From: Lama guanicoe
Lineage: Eukaryota
Direction of reading: 5' to 3'
NCBI GenBank assembly: GCA_013239625.1
Contig: MU054187.1
Span: 11,855,893-11,919,892 of the forward strand
DNA: 64,000 bases
Part shown: positions 60,401 through 64,000 of the stretch, in pieces
How positions within the stretch are numbered: the first letter of the stretch is position 1
Layout of the letters: each line of letters begins with the position of its first letter
The notes under the pieces: model-generated
The model's input: the letters and a program-made list of their open reading frames with translations, nothing else
Databases searched by the model: none
Told to the model about the DNA's origin: nothing
Made by a program: the position numbers and the translations under genes

Positions 60401-63066
60401 TGACATGGGGGATATGTGATCAGGAGGCCAGCTGTCCAGGGAGCGTGCTGGGTGGATGGGGGTGGCGTGGGGGTGGAAGGAGGTTGCTGGCTGTATTACT
60501 GACTGACCAAGGGATCCGAGGGCTGGGGAGCCGCAGAGGAAACATGAGTCTCAGCCCAGGGTCAGGCCCTGAGGTGTTGACTGAGGGCAGAAGAGCTCAG
60601 AAGTTGAGCGAAAGAGACAAGTGGTTGTCCCTGGGGTTTGGTGACATGGGGGCTTTGGCCAGAGTGGGTTGGGAGGAGCCTGTGGTGAGGAACTGGTGGC
60701 CTGCAGAGGGGTGGGCAGTGGCTGGGCCTTCCTGGAGACCCTGGTCTGATGGGGGAGGCACAGTGTCTTCTCTGGGAGTTCTAATTTGAGGGGCCCGGAG
60801 TCCCCTGCAACCTCCCCTCAACTCAGGCAGGGAGGGGCTCCCTGCTCCTGGTGCTGGGAGGGGCTTCTGCCCCAGCTCCTTTTGTCACCCTGGACCTGGG
60901 GATTGGAGAGGATCAGATGTCACTGACCTAGATTCCTCAGGTTTGAGCCCAGGAGTTGGGGCCTGGATCCATGACCCAGGTATTCCAAGTTTCTGAACTT
61001 CAAACAAGAGGCAGCAAATGGTCTCCCACATGTGGGAGTGGTCACTGTGTGCTCGAGGAAGGAAGGACCTGCTTGTGTTGCAGAGATGGTAACTTGTGTC
61101 CCCTGCAGCAGGAAGGATTGCAGTCAGACATGGGGAAGAACTTACAGATGTTGTGGGTATAAGAGGATGTGTCCTAGAGGTGTAACTGAAGGAAGGAGGG
61201 CCGAGGGACCCCAGACCTTTGCCAGGTCAGGTTGTGCCTAAGATGCAAGTGAGGGTCCTCCGGTCAGAGACCACAACCCACATGTCTTGCTTGGGGCCAG
61301 TCCTTGGCTGATGCCCAGGGCAGCCTGGAAAGCTCTGCAAATGGCCTGGGAAGCCTCCATTGATGAGGCTCTGCCCTGGTGTGGAATTGGCCTTAGGGAG
61401 GCCCCCCTCCACCTGGTCTGGGTGTTAAGCCATCCTTGAGGGTCCCTTTCAGGTCTGTTTCCCAATCCTGATTTCATAGCTCAGATGTTGTAGGCTTTGG
61501 TGAGGTGGAGGGGATGTGAGGTGGTGAGACAGACAAAAACTGGAATTCTGGCCTTCCTACTGTCTTGCTGTGTGGCGTCCAGCAATCCTACCACCTCTCT
61601 GAGCCTCAGTTTCTGTATCTACACAGCTGAGCTGTGGATTATTTCCAAGGTTAAATGATAAAATGCACAGGAAGCTGTTAATATTGAGATGGGGGAAAGG
61701 GCAAGGAGGAGCTTCCTTTCCATGTGCTGGAGGTTAGAAGCCCATGCATGCTCCCCTGATCATCACTACCAGCGACTGTGGAGCCAGGGGAAGAGGCCGA
61801 GGCCAAGGAGCCTGTGTTGCAGTCCTGCAAGTTTTGAGTGAGCCCAGCAGCTGCCCACCTCCTGGGCTGCCAGCCCAAGCAGCTGGTTCTCTGGCAGGGT
61901 TGGGGCTGCAGGCTGTGAGACCACGGGAGACAGCGGTGCAGACCCAGCCCCTCAGGAGGGCCACAACCCCTAGGGGACCAGAGCCCCTTGGGACCCCCAT
62001 TTGTGGGGACCACATTCCATAGGGGGAAGGGTGGTGTCCTGCAGGCAGGATGGAAACCCAGGGCATCCACCCTGAGCCTAGGAAGTGGTCAGTAGGTGAA
62101 AGTGCAAGGTCACTTCTGTTCTGCCATGGTGTTGGTCCAGGAGCGGTCCTTGCTGGGGTTGGCCATACAAACGTCTATAAATGGGTGAGAGTGGAGGTTG
62201 GGGGGAGGACGGCGCCTTCTCCCTTGCTGGATGGGGACCAGTGTTCGTGTCTGGGATGTATCTTTGTGTGGGTGGGGAAGGGGCACCTGTCAGAAGGCAT
62301 CATTGCTGCCCCCACCTGCTCCCTTCATGGCTGCCAATGCCCAGGATGATGTCTGCCACGTGCAGGCACTTGCCTCCCTAAGGACTCGGAGCTGAATGTC
62401 CCCTAAGCATAGGGTGGACTGTGGTCGAATGTGACAGCAGTGTGGCCAGGAGGGATGTTCCCAGGAGAGGAGGTGCTGGCCCTATGCGGCCTGCAGCTCA
62501 GCCTCTCCCGACACATAACCTTTGCCATCGCACTCCCGGGGCCTGTCCTGCCACTTGCAGGTCACCCCTCTGCAAGGACCTGCTCTGTGGCCCTCTGCCC
62601 AGTGTCCGTCAGCCCCAGCTCTTACAAGGTTTGGAAATGTGTGTTACTAACTTACTTGTCCTTGTCCCAGTGGCCTTTGTGAAGGATCCTGGGCACCGTT
62701 TGTTTGGTGGGTGGGCTAGCGGCAGGTGAGGAGGGCAGACCAGGCTCAGGGTGCTGTGGTGGTGTGAGAGGTTACGGGGCTGGAAGTTGGGACTGTGATA
62801 TCAAGCAGGTAGGGCAGGGGGTCAGTGGAGAGCGAGGGCAGCAGATCTGGAAGGAGTCTGCATGTCCTCTGCTCCCGTTTCCACTGAACTCACCCCCTGT
62901 CCACGTTGCTGACCCTCCACCTCTTCGGGGGCCAATCCTGCCTGATGAGGGGGCACCTTCCTGGGGGCACCTAGTCCCCCGCCCCACCTTCCTCTGGGGT
63001 CTCCTGGGTTGGGCGCCATAAGCCTGGGGATCCCCAGAACCTCACCGCTTAGGCTGTTTAGGGAAT

Positions 63067-63290
63067 GTCAACTAAAATAAAGTCACACAACGTGAGAGTT
63101 GTTGGCTAAGTTTTATTGAGGACTATAGCCCAGGAGACAGCATCCCAGAGAGCTGTGAGAAGCTGTTCTGAGGAGGCAGGGGAGAGCTCAGTGTTATATG
63201 TGGTTTCCGTGAAGTGGGGGTTGTGTGCACGGTCAAGCACACACCTAGGCAGAGGCTAGCAGCTGGTCAGGGGGAGCGGTTGTCAATAAT
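63067..63290 (-). mobile_element. LTR fragment related to the 767-950 element
   Basis: tgtcaact(a/g)aa start and a shared 'gaggac..agccc..gagacagc...gagaagctgttctg' pattern. Confidence 0.65.
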
Positions 63291-63950
63291 CCTAAAATTT
63301 AGATGTTGTTTTTATTCACATTTTAGAGATGAAGGAACTGAAACTGATCTAAAATAATTGGCCAGAGTTAACACAGCTGGTGAATAGTGGCCCAGGAGTT
63401 GACAGTCTGGAAAGGTGGTTTCATATCAAATCAAGTCCTTTTTTTCTCATTGATGCAGGTTCTTTTCAACTTGTTTCAAAGGCACTGGAAACCTATGGTA
63501 CCTCAGATACCATTAAGCAGGAAAAAAGGGGGTGGGGAATAAACAAGGCAGTGCTCTGGGCCTCTCACTGTAGTTTCAGCCTGAGCACATCTGATATGTA
63601 TGAGTCCCATTTAAAGTTTTGTTTGGAAAACTTTCCAAACACTGTATTATAAGCTGATGACTCCTAATCCTGTACTAGCAACTTCCTGAAGTCAGACCTG
63701 CCTTACTCTTTCTTTGGTCTCAGGACAGTATGAAAGCTCCCCTGACCTGGAACAAGTGGAGATCATTGCTCTTGGGATGTGATTTGGGCTCCAGAACTGC
63801 ACTGTTTTAAGCGTCTCTTTTAAGCGTCTCCCATGAGCCCTGGCAACCTTGCTGTCTCTCTCATCAAAGCCAGTTACATGATTCTCACAACCTGCAGCCT
63901 TCTCACTGATATTAGTGATGTCACCTTCATCAGGAATGACCGCACGCCCT

Positions 63951-64000
63951 CCCCAGAGGGAAGGGATGTCTTCTCCCCAGAGGGAAGGGATGTCTTCTCC
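63951..64000. repeat. 24-bp tandem repeat (ccccagagggaagggatgtcttct)n running off the window
   Basis: Two exact units plus the start of a third. Confidence 0.85.

Noticed and set aside
47865..63021. Dense ORFs in the GC-rich block (e.g. 281 aa at 47865..48710, 207 aa at 52965..53588)
   Set aside because: No recognisable homology apart from the ADGRB1 pieces; consistent with GC-rich intronic DNA.
63459..63530. Possible exon after tttttctcattgatgcag
   Set aside because: Acceptor-like only; no recognisable product and a weak donor.

Overview
Mammalian genomic DNA, probably camelid (inferred from Vic-1-like tRNA-derived SINEs and a recurrent lineage-specific L1 3' tail). I see no intact protein-coding gene. 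The window reads as a segmental-duplication mosaic of unprocessed, intron-retaining, decaying fragments of three normally unlinked genes, all on the + strand: two RYR2 exons (4.5-5.7 kb), eight HERC2 exons (21.0-35.9 kb; CPH, ZZ and partial DOC domains, then a jump to a much later exon) and the first coding exon of ADGRB1/BAI1 (48.6-49.4 kb) inside a GC-rich block starting sharply at 47,224. Between the RYR2 and HERC2 parts lie a fold-back (inverted) LTR pair and an intact CpG island. The island has candidate first exons on both strands and a degenerate ~155-bp tandem array with one inverted unit. A cluster of candidate micro-exons of an unidentified gene lies at 40-47 kb. The rest is L1, LTR, SINE, MIR, L2 and simple repeats. 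Gene identities come from my recall of the human protein sequences, not from a database search; repeat boundaries without TSDs are approximate.
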